This document shows positions 48,851-61,835 of a DNA stretch of 64,000 nucleotides, piece after piece. Under the pieces are notes generated by a model. The model ran no database searches and had not been told where the DNA came from. It saw only the letters and a list, made by a program, of their open reading frames with translations. Positions within the stretch are counted from its first letter, which is position 1, and every line of letters begins with the position of its first letter. A program made the translations under genes and the position numbers. Origin of the DNA: Octopus sinensis (taxonomy: Eukaryota); assembly GCF_006345805.1 (NCBI RefSeq), contig NC_043002.1, positions 45,446,001 through 45,510,000 of the forward strand, written 5' to 3'.

Positions 48851-49204
48851 TACTCTGGAGTGCAATGTTTGAGGACAATGGAAAGGACACTATCAGGAAT
48901 ACTTCTGCATTTGATGTGTATGCAAGGTAGTGGATCTGAAGGGCAGGGAAGAGTTAGAATTTGAAAGATACCAAATGTGTATGATGTGGACTTGACTGCA
49001 TAAGTGGGCCATGAAGGCAGAAGTTTTTTCCTTAGAGGTATTGCTCACAGAGCCATTGTTTTTATGAAGCAGAGAGAAAAAAGATTCTGCAAAGTTGGTG
49101 GGAATCTTTTTGGCCAGATTTCAAATTCAGATAATAACCTTACAGTTGTTGTATTGCTAGGTAAATGTCACCCAGTTTTGGCATGCATGTGTGTTTCATC
49201 AGAT

Positions 49205-49747
49205 ATTCATCGAAATCGAAATTGAACCAATCCTATGACTAGCACCTGGCAGATGCCAGGGCCCTGGGACTGGAGGTACGTAAAAAGCACTATCCGAATT
49301 GTGGCCAATGCCAGCGCCGCCTCGACTGGCACGTGAAAAGCACCATCCGAATCGTAGCCGAAGCCAGTGCTGCCTCGACTGGCTTCCATAAAATGCACCA
49401 TCCGAATTGTGGCTGATGCCAGCGCCGCCTCGACTGGCTTCCGTGTCGGTGGCACGTAAAAAGCACCATCCGAATCGTAGCCGAAGCCAGTGCCGCCTTG
49501 ACTGGCTTCCATAAAATGCACCAATCCGACCGTGGCCGATGCTAGCCTCGCCTGGCACCAGTGCAGGTGGCACGTAAAAAGCACCCACTACACTCACGGA
49601 GTGGTTGGCGTTAGGAAGGGCATCCAGCTGTAGAAACTTTGCCAGATAAGACCGGAGCCTGGTGCAGCCTTCTGGCTTCCCAGATCCCCGGTCGAACCGT
49701 CCAACCCATGCTAGCATGGAGAACGGACGTTAAACAATGATGATGAT
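49205..49747 (+). mobile_element. RTE 3' UTR fragment with higher-order (ABAB) array
   Basis: Near-identical to 27170-27526 plus extra units. Confidence 0.9.
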
Positions 49748-50642
49748 TATAGGTCTTGCTTTTTTGCCTGAACAACTTCAGCGTAACTGGGAACTTGGGA
49801 CATTAGGTTTTAGCTGTATGCAGAATGTAGAGGGATACGCCTAGAAGGATAGCTTAGTCACCCACTTATCTGTTTCTGATAGGTCAGGAGTGAAGCACAT
49901 TTGCTTCACTGGCAGAACCTCGATCCAGTCAGCTAAGTTGAAGTACCATATAGTACAGGACATAGGTGGTGTTGTGATGGGTAATTGCAATAAGGTAGTA
50001 GTCATATAATGCAGTAAGTGTGTAAATGTTTATAATTTGGTGTAGATTAGGTTTAGAGATGAGAAAAGAAACTCAAGGGTTGTTGGCTACATCAAGAGGT
50101 GCCAATCTTTAATTGTAGAGGGAACATGTGGAAGGGGAAGACATGGGACAAAGTAGTGAGAAAGGATCTATAAATGGGACTCTTGTGAAGACATGTCAAG
50201 CTAAGTAAAAGCATGGCTCGTCCCCTGCAACCCTCTCCAGATGAGCATCCCTAATCTCACAGGCTTGTAGGTGCTTGTGCCACATAAAAAGCATCCATAC
50301 CAGTACTGTGTAAAAGCACCCAGTACATTCTGTAAAGTGGTTGATGCTAGGAAGGGCATCCAGCCACAGAAACCATGCCCAAAAAGACGGAGCCTGAACA
50401 GCCCTTCAGCTAGTCAGCTCCTGTTCAACCCATGCCAGCATGGAAAATGGATGTTAAATGATGATGTAGGGAGTGAGAAAAATTGAAGTGAATTTAGGAT
50501 TGCAGAAGACTCAGCTTTTACACTGACAGCATCAGTATGGGGTGAGGTTATGGTAGAAGACACCAATAGTGCTGCAATGTTTAGATACACATTATTAGAA
50601 TGCTTATGTGTAGTTGTACTATCTTTTTTGGGTTTTTTTCAG

Positions 50643-50769
50643 CACCCACAAAAATCAATTCACAAAAAACTCAGTGATATTAAGATCAAAGTGACCATGG
50701 ACAACATGTCTGAAATCATGATGGCTACTGATCAAATCATTCCAGAATCTGATCTTTTAAACAAGTTTG
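50643..50769 (+). CDS. RRM-protein gene exon A (candidate ATG 50697: MDNMSEIMMATDQIIPESDLLNKF)
   Basis: Poly-T acceptor TTTTTTTCAG|, donor G|GTGAGT. The phase-1 end joins exon B (G|AA = Glu). The frame is also open 5' of the ATG, so the true start may be upstream. Confidence 0.7.
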
Positions 50770-51339
50770 GTGAGTTAGATTGATGCAAATAATGAGAAAT
50801 CTAATGCACATTTCTGTCAAGTAATATTAAACAAATATCTATCTTTCTCTTCTTTCCATATTTCTAGCTTTCGTTCTCACATCTCTTTGTGTTACCTTCA
50901 TCTTGTGTCTCTACTGTAATCACTACTAAAATCTCCATTCGTAAAATTGCTAACTGAACAGCAAAGTAAACACATGCTCAGAGTTTCATAGCATTATGTG
51001 ACCAATGGATCACTGCAATAATTTATTGTATAATGAACATTGAGGCAATACAGGCATGTTGTTTTCTCTGCAATCCAGTTAACCCTTTTTATAAAGGGAT
51101 CATGATATATCAGAAGTTCTGCATCTGTGGGTTACTTCCAGCCATTCAACCCACTACCTACATGTAATCTATTTACTTGAACTAGGGTTACACAAGAAGA
51201 TATACTATATTTTTATAGGTGATTTCTAGAAGAATTTAACAAGTTAAATTATCATGACAAGTGAAGAATCTAATAAGGGAAAAGAATGATAATGTGGTAG
51301 TTTTGTTTGACTATATGACACTATTCTTTTCTACTCTAG

Positions 51340-51540
51340 GCACAGGGCCTGAAATTTTGGAGGATTGTGCCAGTCGATTAGATCAACCCCAGGACGCAAC
51401 TGGTACTTAATTTATCGACCCCGAAAGGATGAAAGGCACAGTTGACCTCAGCTAAATTTGAACTCAGAACGTAACGGCAGACGAAATACCACTAAGCATT
51501 TCGCCTGGTCTGTTAACCTTTCTGCCAGCTCAACGCCTTC
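51340..51540 (-). mobile_element. SINE family 3
   Basis: Colinear with 27700-27861. Confidence 0.82.
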
Positions 51541-52529
51541 TATATGACACTACTCACTCTCAGATAAATGGCAAGGATGCAAAACATGAGGTTCTTCATT
51601 CATCATGACACTAAATTCTTTGAACTCTTCTATGGACTTATTGTTTCTAACTCAGACTATCACCAATTTCTGTGCATTCCAGAATTTACTTTGTTGCACA
51701 ATTTAGTCTAGAGTGTTTAACATGTTAACCAACTGCTCATATACATAACTTTATATATTCTATAAGAACTGTTTTGAAAATCTGTTTAATTCTACAGTGA
51801 TATTTTTATTCTTTGGTATTGTGCATTGTCTGTCATAAGCTTGTGTGCTCATTACTTAAGCCCTTCATTTCTTATGGAGCATAGCCATCAACAACTTTTC
51901 TCCATTATTCTCAACTCTATGCTACCAGGGCCACTCCCTCAATATGGGGCTGGTGACATCCCTGAGGTTTTGAATTATCATTGATGCTTCTGTAACTTTA
52001 CATTTTTCTAAGTAGGGTTGTTGGTCCTATACAAACCCATTTTTACCTCTGAGAAGAGGTGGTCCATATTAGTCTGACCTCCCTCCTGTGATTTGACCAG
52101 CGTAGGAGGCCCTACCAGAAGCTTGTACTCTGTTGACCTAGCTCTCAGGGCCATTGAGGCACACAAGCCACCACATTGCAACAAGGACTGGACCTTGTGA
52201 CAGACATGATCATTAGGCCCAAGCTTATCTTGTTTTCCATGCCTTAAAAATAATTGAGAGTACAGTACTCAGTTTGTCACATGTTTAACCCCAGCTGTTG
52301 CCAGTACTCCTTTTTGGTTAAGTGAACTGGAGCTATATGAAAAGAATTTAATTCAAGAACACAACATACCAGCCAGTCTAGGAATTGAGACTATGACCTA
52401 CTAGACCACGTACCTTCACAAGCTGTATGTTAGTCATCTTAATTTTATAATTTCATATGACCTAGTGTATTTTAAAATGCTAGATATGATGCTAAAATTG
52501 GATATGCTTAAGGTAATGAGCTGATAGAA

Positions 52530-52715
52530 TCTTTAGCATTCTGGGAAAAATGCTTAGCGGCATTTTGTCTGTCTTTACATTCTGAGTTCAAATTCTGCCA
52601 TGGTCGATTTTGCCTTTCATTCCTTCAGGATTGATAAAATAAGTACCAGTTGAACACGAGTCAATCTAATCGACTTATCCCTTCCCCCAAATTGCTGGCA
52701 TTGTGTCAAAATTTT
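52530..52715 (+). mobile_element. SINE family 3, older
   Basis: GAGTTCAAATTC...GCCTTTCATTCCTTCAGGATTGATAAAATAAGTACCAG. Confidence 0.72.
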
Positions 52716-52817
52716 AAACTAAATTTGAATATGCTAAGAATATACATAATTGAATTTAAAGATGCATTCTCTTTTATATTAAAATTCCTTACTTTACCCC
52801 TTCTATTCATCTTTCAG

Positions 52818-52861
52818 AAAATATCGTATACATTGGAAACATTGACTCCAGCTCAACAGAG
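52818..52861 (+). CDS. RRM-protein gene exon B (ENIVYIGNIDSSSTE, RNP2 of RRM1)
   Basis: TTCATCTTTCAG| and GAG|GTAAAT, 44 nt. VYIGNI is an RNP2 motif. Confidence 0.85.
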
Positions 52862-53730
52862 GTAAATATTTGTGTGTATTTATTTGTTTTGATTTGTAAA
52901 TAAAAATGTGTTTTTTTTTCAGTGAAAAAAATCTGTCATTTCAGGCAGATTGTTTGGACCAAAACTACTCTGTCTCTCCAAACATTCCTATCTTCCAGGA
53001 CATTTTTGAGGTCTTCTATTTGTTACTCAACATCACAAGAGGATTGATCAATGTATATTATTCTGGCTCATTGAACATGAGAATTCCCATTGCTCATTAT
53101 CCACAGAAAGAGCTCATTCACTTATTCAACTTTGCTTCGAAAGTAGTAATCTGCATGTCTTGTCCTCTGCTCTGAAATGATTGATGTGTTGGGGATATTT
53201 CTATCGAATGTTTCCATGATCTGTTGTGAACAGCATGCAACCTACATGTGTAGGTCCTATCTAGCTTACTTTCTATGTTTTTTGTCAGAGTTCACATGGA
53301 TGAACCATAAAGAACTCATTCTACTATGACTCTGAAGAATTCCCTTTTCATTCTGTCAAGCAATGTAGACTAACAAATTCAACTTAATTTGTCCAGTGCA
53401 TTCCATACTTTTGCTATGAGGACTGATACCTCTTTTTCAGTCAATTAGATGTCACTTCCAAGATCAGTGAAACATTCAACTTTCTTCAGGGGTGTACCAC
53501 CCAATGGGTTGAACTGCCTGTTCTGGTTAAAATGTGTATTCAGTCTTCCCAGCATTCATATAAAGACCAATCCCAGAAGCTACTTCATCTAATGCATGCA
53601 GCAGTGTTTCAGCATTTATAAGCTTGAAAGGAAATAGTATTCCAACATTATGAACCTTTTTAACTCTTGATATCAACTTGCCTCAGACCATCCCAGATTC
53701 AATACAAACTTTCTGTTAAAATGTGGTCTA

Positions 53731-53892
53731 GGCGCAGGAGTGGCTGTGTGGTAAGTAGCTTACTTACCAACCACATGGTTCCAGGTTCAGTCCCACTGCA
53801 TGGCACCTTGGGCAAGTGTCTTCTACTTTAGCCTCGGGCCAACCAAAGCCTTGTGAGTGGATTTGGTAGACGGAAACTGAAAAATCCCATCG

Positions 53893-53976
<84 letters not shown>

Positions 53977-54170
53977 AGTGTATGTCTGTGTTTGTCCCCC
54001 GCCAACATCGCTTGACAACCGATGCTGGTGTGTTTACTTAGTGGTTTGGCAAAAGAGACTGATAGAATAAGTACTAGGCTTACAAAGAATAAGTCCTGGG
54101 GTGATTTGCTCAACTATAAGGTGGTGCTCCAGTATGGCCGCAGTCAAATGACTGAAACAAGTAAAAGAGT
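53731..54170 (+). mobile_element. CORE-like SINE type a with expanded internal (TA)n
   Basis: Full head to tail; about 80-nt TA tract in the middle. Confidence 0.9.
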
Positions 54171-54984
54171 AAAGCGTAAGATTTTTTTTTTTAAATCTTC
54201 ACTCAAAATTTTATGTTCATATATGTACCAAACAATTATAATCAATCCACCCTTTTTTTTATGTCTACTTCTGTATTTTATATTTTGATTATAATTGTAT
54301 TTTTATCTGTCACTATATCCACGGGTTTAGTTTTGTCTGTAAACTGCTGAAAATGACCCATCACTTTGGGTATGCATTTTCACACTGAGTGAAATGACGA
54401 GAGGATCTAATGAAGAACTTATTGAAACAATCGCCTGAGGAGACACATTTTACACTATGGATGGATGATAATGATTACACATTTCACCAATGTACTGCAG
54501 GTGTAAAATTGTGTCAAAACAATTGTAGTGATTTTAAATAAAGAATGTTGTTCATTCCATTTTCTATCAAATATCTATTTCTGTAAACTCTATGGATACT
54601 ATGGAATTCCTGACAAATATTCAGAGCATTTCGGAATCAGGTGGCCATTAACTATGGACAAACTTTGCATAACATTCTACAAGATTTTTACCCAAGCCTC
54701 ATACAAATTCACTCACAAGGCATTGGTCAACTCAGAGCTATAGTAGATTGATAGTGGGTTTACATTAAGTATGATACTTAGACAGCTTTTCTTTTCAAGT
54801 TTCTGAAATAAAACCATGATTAAATTAAGTATTTTGGGTTTTTGATTTGAGATGATTTTTTTCCATTCATTATACAACTCTATAAAAGAGATTTATTTAT
54901 ATCAGCCGTTTGTATGATAATGAATGAATATGAATATGTTAGCAATGAGTGATCAGTTCTTTTGTACCTACAAAGTGGGGAGAG

Positions 54985-55290
54985 AGACCTCTTTCAGTCA
55001 CAAATGACCGTGGGATCGCACCTAGAAAGTCACCCCCACCTGAGGCACAAGTTTGGGTGACATGCATATCTGTCTCTCCTCTCCACACCACCGATGTTGT
55101 TCAAGGCAAAAGCCAATACAGCTTGGTACCAGTGACATCATAACTCATTTGTGCAGCTGAGTGAACTGGAGCAGTGTGAAATAAAGTGTCTTGCTCAAGA
55201 ACACAACATAAAGCCTGCTCCAAGAATGAAACTCACAACCTCACAATTGTAATCCCAATGCTCTAACCACTGAGCCATGCGCCTTCACTC
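54985..55290 (-). mobile_element. tRNA-derived SINE family 4 (CORE-like)
   Basis: Head GGCGCATGGCTCAGTGGTTAGAGC, CORE-like GTTCTTGAGCAAGACAC. Confidence 0.7.
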
Positions 55291-55480
55291 TATACCTAAA
55301 ATACATGGCACCTAATCATGTAAAAGAATAAAATACCTATAGTAGATTTGATCCTCACACATCTATGAGTTGCTAGTGTACAGTAACCTATCCATTCATT
55401 TGTTTCATATCTCAGCTCTATTCTATTCATTGCATTACATGTCTTTTTTTTTTTTGTTTTTTTCTTTTCTTTTTTTTTAG

Positions 55481-55551
55481 GAAGAACTAAAAACATTTTT
55501 CATTGGAATAAATATTTTGAACTTAACCATTTTGAAAAAAAGCCATAAATG
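55481..55551 (+). CDS. RRM-protein gene exon C (EELKTFFIGINILNLTILKKSHKC)
   Basis: 35-nt poly-pyrimidine tract then AG|, donor TG|GTAAAT, 71 nt. Phase 0 to 2 bridges exons B and D. Confidence 0.88.
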
Positions 55552-55819
55552 GTAAATGACTTTCTTTATTCTTTACTAATAATGGTCTTTGATGTAAGCA
55601 TAAAGTCATACATGTTTCAAGAGGGAAGTCAATATGATTGACTTTCCTCTACTATCCCTCCCCCACCCCACTTAATATACTGGTACTTATTTTATCAAGC
55701 CTAGAAAGATGAAAGCAAAGCCAAGCACAACAGGATTTGAACTTAGAATGTAAAAAATTACAAATAAATATCATTATTCTTCAGTAATAATATTAAAAGT
55801 TGAAGGTCCGATTTAGTTT

Positions 55820-56219
55820 ACTCTTTTACTTGTTTCAGTCATTTGACTGTGGCCATGCTGGAGCACCACCTTTAGTCGAGCAAATCGACCCCAGGACTTA
55901 TTCTTTGTAAGCCTAATACTTCTATCGGTCTCTTTTGCCAAACTGCTAAGTTACTGGGACGTAAACACACCAGCATCAGTTGTCAAGCGATGTTGGGGGA
56001 CAAACACAGACACACAAACATATACACACACATAAATATATACATAGACATATATACGACAGGCTTCATTCAGTTTCCGTCTACCAAATCCACTCTCAGG
56101 GCTTTGGTCGGCCCAAGGCTATAGTAGAAGACACTTGCCCAAGGTGCCATGCAGTGGGACTGAACCCGGAACAATGTGGTTTGTAAGCAAGTTACTTACC
56201 ACACAGCTACTCCTACGCC
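55820..56219 (-). mobile_element. CORE-like SINE type a
   Basis: Reverse complement of the type a consensus. Confidence 0.88.
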
Positions 56220-57332
56220 TAGTGTTGGTTCCCCCCCCCCCAATCCATTTGACTGGGAAAGAAACATTTGCAAAACTGGGGGAATTACTAAGAGGGTCAG
56301 TGTAATTAATATCATCTTCATCTTGCATCCATTTTTCCCCCCATGTTGCTATGAGTTGAACAAAAGCATCACACCACTTGTCATTCTTCAATGCATATGG
56401 CTGTAGATGAAGCTACTGATTTTTGTTGTTTCTATGCATTTTATTGTGTTACCGGCAGTAGAGTATGTCTAAAGAGTCTTCCTCAATCCACTATCAGTTT
56501 TTATTAACAGTTGCTACTCCCTTCGATGATCTATTTACTCAGAGGTTTCTGACATTTGCGTCTCCTCTGTTAACAGATTTAGAAATAAGAACAACCCATT
56601 GCTTGCAAGAGCATTCCAATGCAGTGGAGCATATAAAGAGAAGTAAATTTCAATAGGAGTGGCATAACACTAACAAAATTAAATTTTTTTTTTTTGTCTT
56701 TGGTTAGTGAGTGTTATTTCCTATAAAGAAATCAAAGGAAATGACTACTATTTCCTTTAATTTGATTTTGTGAGCTGGATATCAATATTTTGAAACTGAC
56801 CTATTTTCCATTACACTTCAGATAGATTCAACACAGAATTGCTGAAGCAGAAATATCGTTATAGCAAATATTCTGCTCAATACCACAGATTTGCTTGTCA
56901 GTTACTTGACCTTAACCACTTGAGCATGAGTGGTTGACAATGTACGCATATCTGAGCATAAGCAGGAGTAGTGGGGGAGCATCATAGCCATGTGTCGAGA
57001 AGGATTCTTTGGAATTTGAATAAATGTAACAAAAGCAGGGTTTGAAGGAAATATTAGTCATTTATCATACTTTCAAAGGGTAAGCAAATAGGAAATGACA
57101 GTTGCTACTCAAGGACAAAAATCATGTTACACAATGTAATTAGCACATTTGGAAGTACAAAGGTTGCTGCAGTAACATAAGACACTCAGAAGATCTAGTG
57201 CTTGAGAGATGGAGTGCATGTGTTTTTATAATCTTGTTTATCAAATGACCACTTCTATTTATTGAGATAAAAAAAATTTTCTACTCTTTATTATTGACGA
57301 TGTTCATAATGTTCTTTGTTTCATACTTTCAG

Positions 57333-57469
57333 TTTTGCTTTTGCTAAAGTTGGATGCAAGAGTGATATTGACAAAATATTTAGGTCATATGGTAAGCTGT
57401 TCAAGTCAAGAAGACTGATCATTAAGTCATACAAACAGCAAAGTAAAAGTAATGATTCTATAATGGAGG
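57333..57469 (+). CDS. RRM-protein gene exon D (FAFAKVGCKSDIDKIFRSYGKLFKSRRLIIKSYKQQSKSNDSIME, RNP1 and beta4)
   Basis: KC|FAF is RNP1. GKLFKSRRLII resembles the TDRD10 RRM end as recalled (NGKLFHKRKLFV). Donor GAG G|GTAAAT. An in-frame alternative donor lies at 57391. Confidence 0.82.
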
Positions 57470-57629
57470 GTAAATATTCTTTTTTAAAACTGATTATTAA
57501 TATTTTTCTCTATTGTAACAAGTCACACTTCTACAAGATTTTTGTTGCTAAATATTCATCATGATTCTTCCCCACTATCACTTTAGTATTTAGTATTTGT
57601 GTAAATTTGTAGTCATCCATACATACAGG

Positions 57630-57897
57630 CATGTCCTTTGCAGGTGCCGGTGCCACATAATATGTGCTCATACTGGTACCACATAAAATGCACTTGTACT
57701 GGTGCTGCATAAACATACTCATGCTAGTTGCATGTAAAAGACACCCAGCACACTCTGTAAAGTGGTTGGCATTAAGAAGGGCATCTAGCCATAGAAACCT
57801 TACCAAAATAGACAACTGATGTCTGAACAGCTGGCCAGCTCCTGTCAAACTGTCCAATCCATGCCAGCATGGAAAACGGACATTAAACAATGATGAT
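57630..57897 (+). mobile_element. Old RTE tail fragment with roughly 25-bp hairpin repeats
   Basis: Repeated GGTGCCACATAAAATGCAC-like units, then the shared tail. Confidence 0.75.
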
Positions 57898-58973
57898 GTC
57901 TGTCTGTTGCATACATTTTCTCCATCAGTTCACAATCCCATCCTCTTATCTGTAATTGTTGTTTTGCCCCAATTTGTTTTTAATTAAGCAGACCTATGCT
58001 CATAGGTTATCAAGCTATAACCAGTCTGTCTTTATAAGATAATTATATGGGATTTGAAAGAGATTTAGTTGCTAAATTCAGTAGATCAAGTGATACCACT
58101 GTTGGCTTGTCTATCTGTAATTTAATACTGTAAAAGGTTCAGTTTACCATTGCACGAAGCAAGATCACTGTATGATTAAAATCATCCCATTATTGCACTG
58201 CTGAGCTTAAGCCATCCCATGAACCAGGATCATGAAACAATATGCACCATAGCTTTGTTTCAATTTTGGAAATAGCACACATGCACAAATGTACTTGTAA
58301 AGTAACTATTGATAATGGCATTCTTAGTTGTTTCTAATTTTCCTTAAAATAAGGAGGACAATAAGAGAGAATTTATTAAAGGCAGTTCTCTTCCTCATCA
58401 TCATTGTTTATTTATTACAACTTGCAGTTAAGACAGGCATGTTCACTCCATATCACATTCCATCATGAGTGTCTTAAGTTCATCTAGGTCTCAAAATGGT
58501 TTTGAAAGGACACCCAGGGTTCATGCTCCCATGGGTCAGTTTCTAGATTATAACTTGGTTGGCCAGACAACTCAGGTTGTTGCTGACATTACCCAGCAAG
58601 CTTCTTGCATCTTATTATCTTGTTGGTTAACTAGGAAAGGACGTCATATACTTGCTTATCTATCACTTTCTACATCTAGCTAATAATGAAGGCCAAGTTT
58701 CAAACCCATAAGGGAGGAGTGTCTCATTTGTTGCTTTGAAGATTCACTTCTGGAGAGATTTGAGGTTCAGGTATTTGTTATATCATTGATCACTTTCCAG
58801 GCAAGGCCAGCTCACATTTTAATGTCCCTTTCTGAGTTCTTTATGGACGATCCAAGATACTCAAAGTTGGAAACTCACTTGAGTAGCTGATGGCTATATT
58901 GTAGATTGTGTATTCCATCTTCTTCCTGTTCTGGTATAGAGCAGCTTCATTGCATTCACTTTATGCCCTAGAC

Positions 58974-59846
58974 CAGTGATTTTCAACCAGGCTTCATATA
59001 AGATATTGTTGTTAAAATTTATCTGCAATAAATTGGTTAGCTTCAGTAAGTTCCATTGAACCTTGTGGTGTATGACCAATTGAGGCACTTGGTGCTGCAT
59101 TGATGTTTTTTTTCTTTCTCTTTTTGTTTGTTTTTCTTTTGTAAAATATATTCCTTTTCACTGAATTAACTATTTTAAGTGATGTGAGTTTAAGCACAAA
59201 CATTTAATTAACATTTATGTATAATTAGCACTATGACCGGCAACGCCGGGTCATAGTGCTAGTGCATGCATATACAGCTGTGTGCGTGCGCACATACATG
59301 CGAGTTCTGTCCAAATCTCTGACCAATCACATACAGCTAGCTGGCATTCAATTGGCATGTCTAGTTTCGGGCATTTTGATTGGGTTTTGGATAGAAAATT
59401 CACAAAAAAGTCACTTCTATTGATTTTTTAATGGCTTTGCAGGGTGACTGGGGAAATGTAAAGATGTGCACGACCACCCTTGGACAGTTTTGAATGACCA
59501 TAGAAAGTGTGAGCTCTCTAACTGAAAAATTGTGGATTTGTATAAAGGACACACACACACAGACATTTTGCCGTTTATATATATAGAGATGTATAATATT
59601 TAACATTCTTGCATAAATTTACATATATTTCCATATTTCAATAAATTACATTTCATCTTTGTCTGGAAAATAAATTGGTTATAATTCTACAAGACACAAA
59701 ATATTTTAATAATTATTTTTATACAATTCCTAATGATATAAAAATATGATGGAATGCTCTTTTTAACATTATATAACTAGGAAGGTCCATCCAGGGAAAA
59801 TAGGAGTCAAAGGGGTTCATAGGTGCAAAATGGTTGAGAACCACTG
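58974..59846. mobile_element. hAT (Charlie-like) non-autonomous element carrying a Helitron insertion
   Basis: TIRs CAGTGATTTTCAACC / GGTTGAGAACCACTG. 8-bp TSD ccctagac / ctctagac (7 of 8) matches the NTCTAGAN target. Confidence 0.8.
59225..59589 (-). mobile_element. Non-autonomous Helitron
   Basis: On the minus strand starts A|TCTCTATATATATAAACGGC and ends with a GC-rich hairpin then CTAA|T: AT target, no TSD. Confidence 0.75.
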
Positions 59847-60219
59847 CTCTAGACAGAAGGGCCTGATCATCTGTAATTTTGTCAGAGAACAAAGTGATGT
59901 CGTTTCTAAAGTCCTGAAGTGTTAGTGTCACCAAACCCGCTCTCTTAGACTTCTTTATTAAGGAAGGATATAATGTTAGTGTTGAAACAACAGATCAATT
60001 CACTGAAATTGTTTGTTTCTTCTATCTTTTGTTTTACAAACATTGAGAAATGGGTTTGATATAAAGGAAGAAAAGGTCAAATGCAATAGTTATTTTTATA
60101 TTCAGAATTATAGTATTGAGCTGAAAGACACCAAATTCTGCCTTATATATCTAGGGTTTTTTTTTTATAAATTCACCAATCTTTATTTTTTTTTTTTTTG
60201 TTACTTTTCAAATTGTAAG

Positions 60220-60437
60220 AACCAGTACCGCCTGACTGGCCCTCGTGCCGGTGGCATGTAAAAGCACCCACTACACTCTTGGAGTGGTTGGTGTTAGGAA
60301 GGGCATCCAGCTGTAGAAACTCTGCCAGATCAGATTGGAGCCTGGTGCAGCCATCTGGTTCGCCAGTCCTCAGTCAAATCGTCCAACTCATGCTATCATG
60401 GAAAGCGGACGTTAAACGATCATGATGATGACGATGA
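60220..60437 (+). mobile_element. RTE tail fragment
   Basis: One hairpin unit plus the shared tail. Confidence 0.85.
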
Positions 60438-61404
60438 ACTAAAATTATATTTTTTTAACCATTTAACTACCAAACCTTCTGCTTCCTTAATAACATTCCT
60501 CATCATTGTTTTCATCATCAATTACAATCTTTTTTACTGATTTCTCTAAGTTCTTTTTTTTATTTGCCTTTTACTAGTTTCAGCCAATTCTTAGATAAAA
60601 TAAAATCTCTATTTCCTATCACCTTTATCCATTTTTTTCTTGCTGCCATTCTGTCACTGTTATTCTTTGACATTCTTTTTCAAGTATTACCTTGATTATT
60701 ACTTTCTGACATCTCTATATATTTACTTTGTTCATGCATTCATTCTTACAATTAAAACTTTCTTCTTAGTTCAAGTATTGAATATATATTATATATATTT
60801 TCAACTCAGCCTTCATATACTGTCTTTTTTCTGAAGTACAGAACCATATGATATCTTGAGAAATTTCCAATTTCTTTTACCATTTCTCAATGTTTATAAA
60901 ACAGTTAAGTTTTATCAATATGATATCCTCCAATCAAGCTATCAGTGTCACAGAGGATGCTCATATGTAATGAGTAACTTTGAATAAGCTTTTACTCTCC
61001 AGGTATCAAAAACATTTCAGATCTAATCATGCCACTGCTGATTTAGATTGAAAACTCTTCACTAAATGTGAACTTTCAAGTCGTTTCTACATATTGGAAG
61101 ACTTGATCTGAACACTTTACTCTAATAAAACAATATCCTGTCCCTTGCAGCAGTAAATTCTATCTACCTCATGGTGCACATTTAGAATTTGGTTGAATGA
61201 ACAAGCATAAATTATGCTCACCTGCTGACCTGTTTTTATGGAGGTGAACCTATGGAAACCAATCCAAAATAGAGACTGGAGTCTGGTGCAGCTCTCCAGC
61301 ATAGCAGATCTAGTCAGACTGTCTAACCCATGTCAGCATGGAAAACAGGCGTTAAGTGGTGGTGGCGGCAATGCCAGCATTACTATTATTATCATCATCA
61401 TTAT

Positions 61405-61617
61405 TAAGGCAGCAAGCTGGCAGAATCAGCATGCCAGGCGAAATGCTTAACAGTATTTCATCTGCCGCTATGTTCTGAGTTCAAATTCCACTAAGGTCAC
61501 CTTTGCCTTTCATCTTTTTGCAGTTGATAGATTAAGTACCAGTGAAACACCGGAGTTGATGTAATCAACTAGCCCCTCTCCCAAAATTTCAGGCCTTGTG
61601 CCTTTAGTAGAAAGGAT
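61405..61617 (+). mobile_element. SINE family 3
   Basis: Head AAGGCAGCAAGCTGGCAGAATC, B box and body. Confidence 0.78.
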
Positions 61618-61835
61618 TATTATTATTATTATTATTATGGTATTATGAATTAATAACACAATGGATTTTTAATTATACATACATTCAGAGCATTGGATGA
61701 AAAACAGCACATCATTTTCTTACATACAGACTCCCAACCATAAGTAAGTATAACTATATTTGTATAATTAGAAGTGGTAATGCATATTTTCTTGAATTAC
61801 GTTTGTTGAATCTTACCTGTGAACTTTATTTCTAG

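Noticed and set aside
56119-56391. Protein-like minus-strand ORF (WCDAFVQLIATWGEKW...)
   Set aside because: No recognisable family or convincing splice context, and it runs into a SINE.
60013-60261. ORF containing NGFDIKEEKVKC, resembling an RRM beta4
   Set aside because: No acceptor in the required phase, and beta4 is already supplied by exon D.
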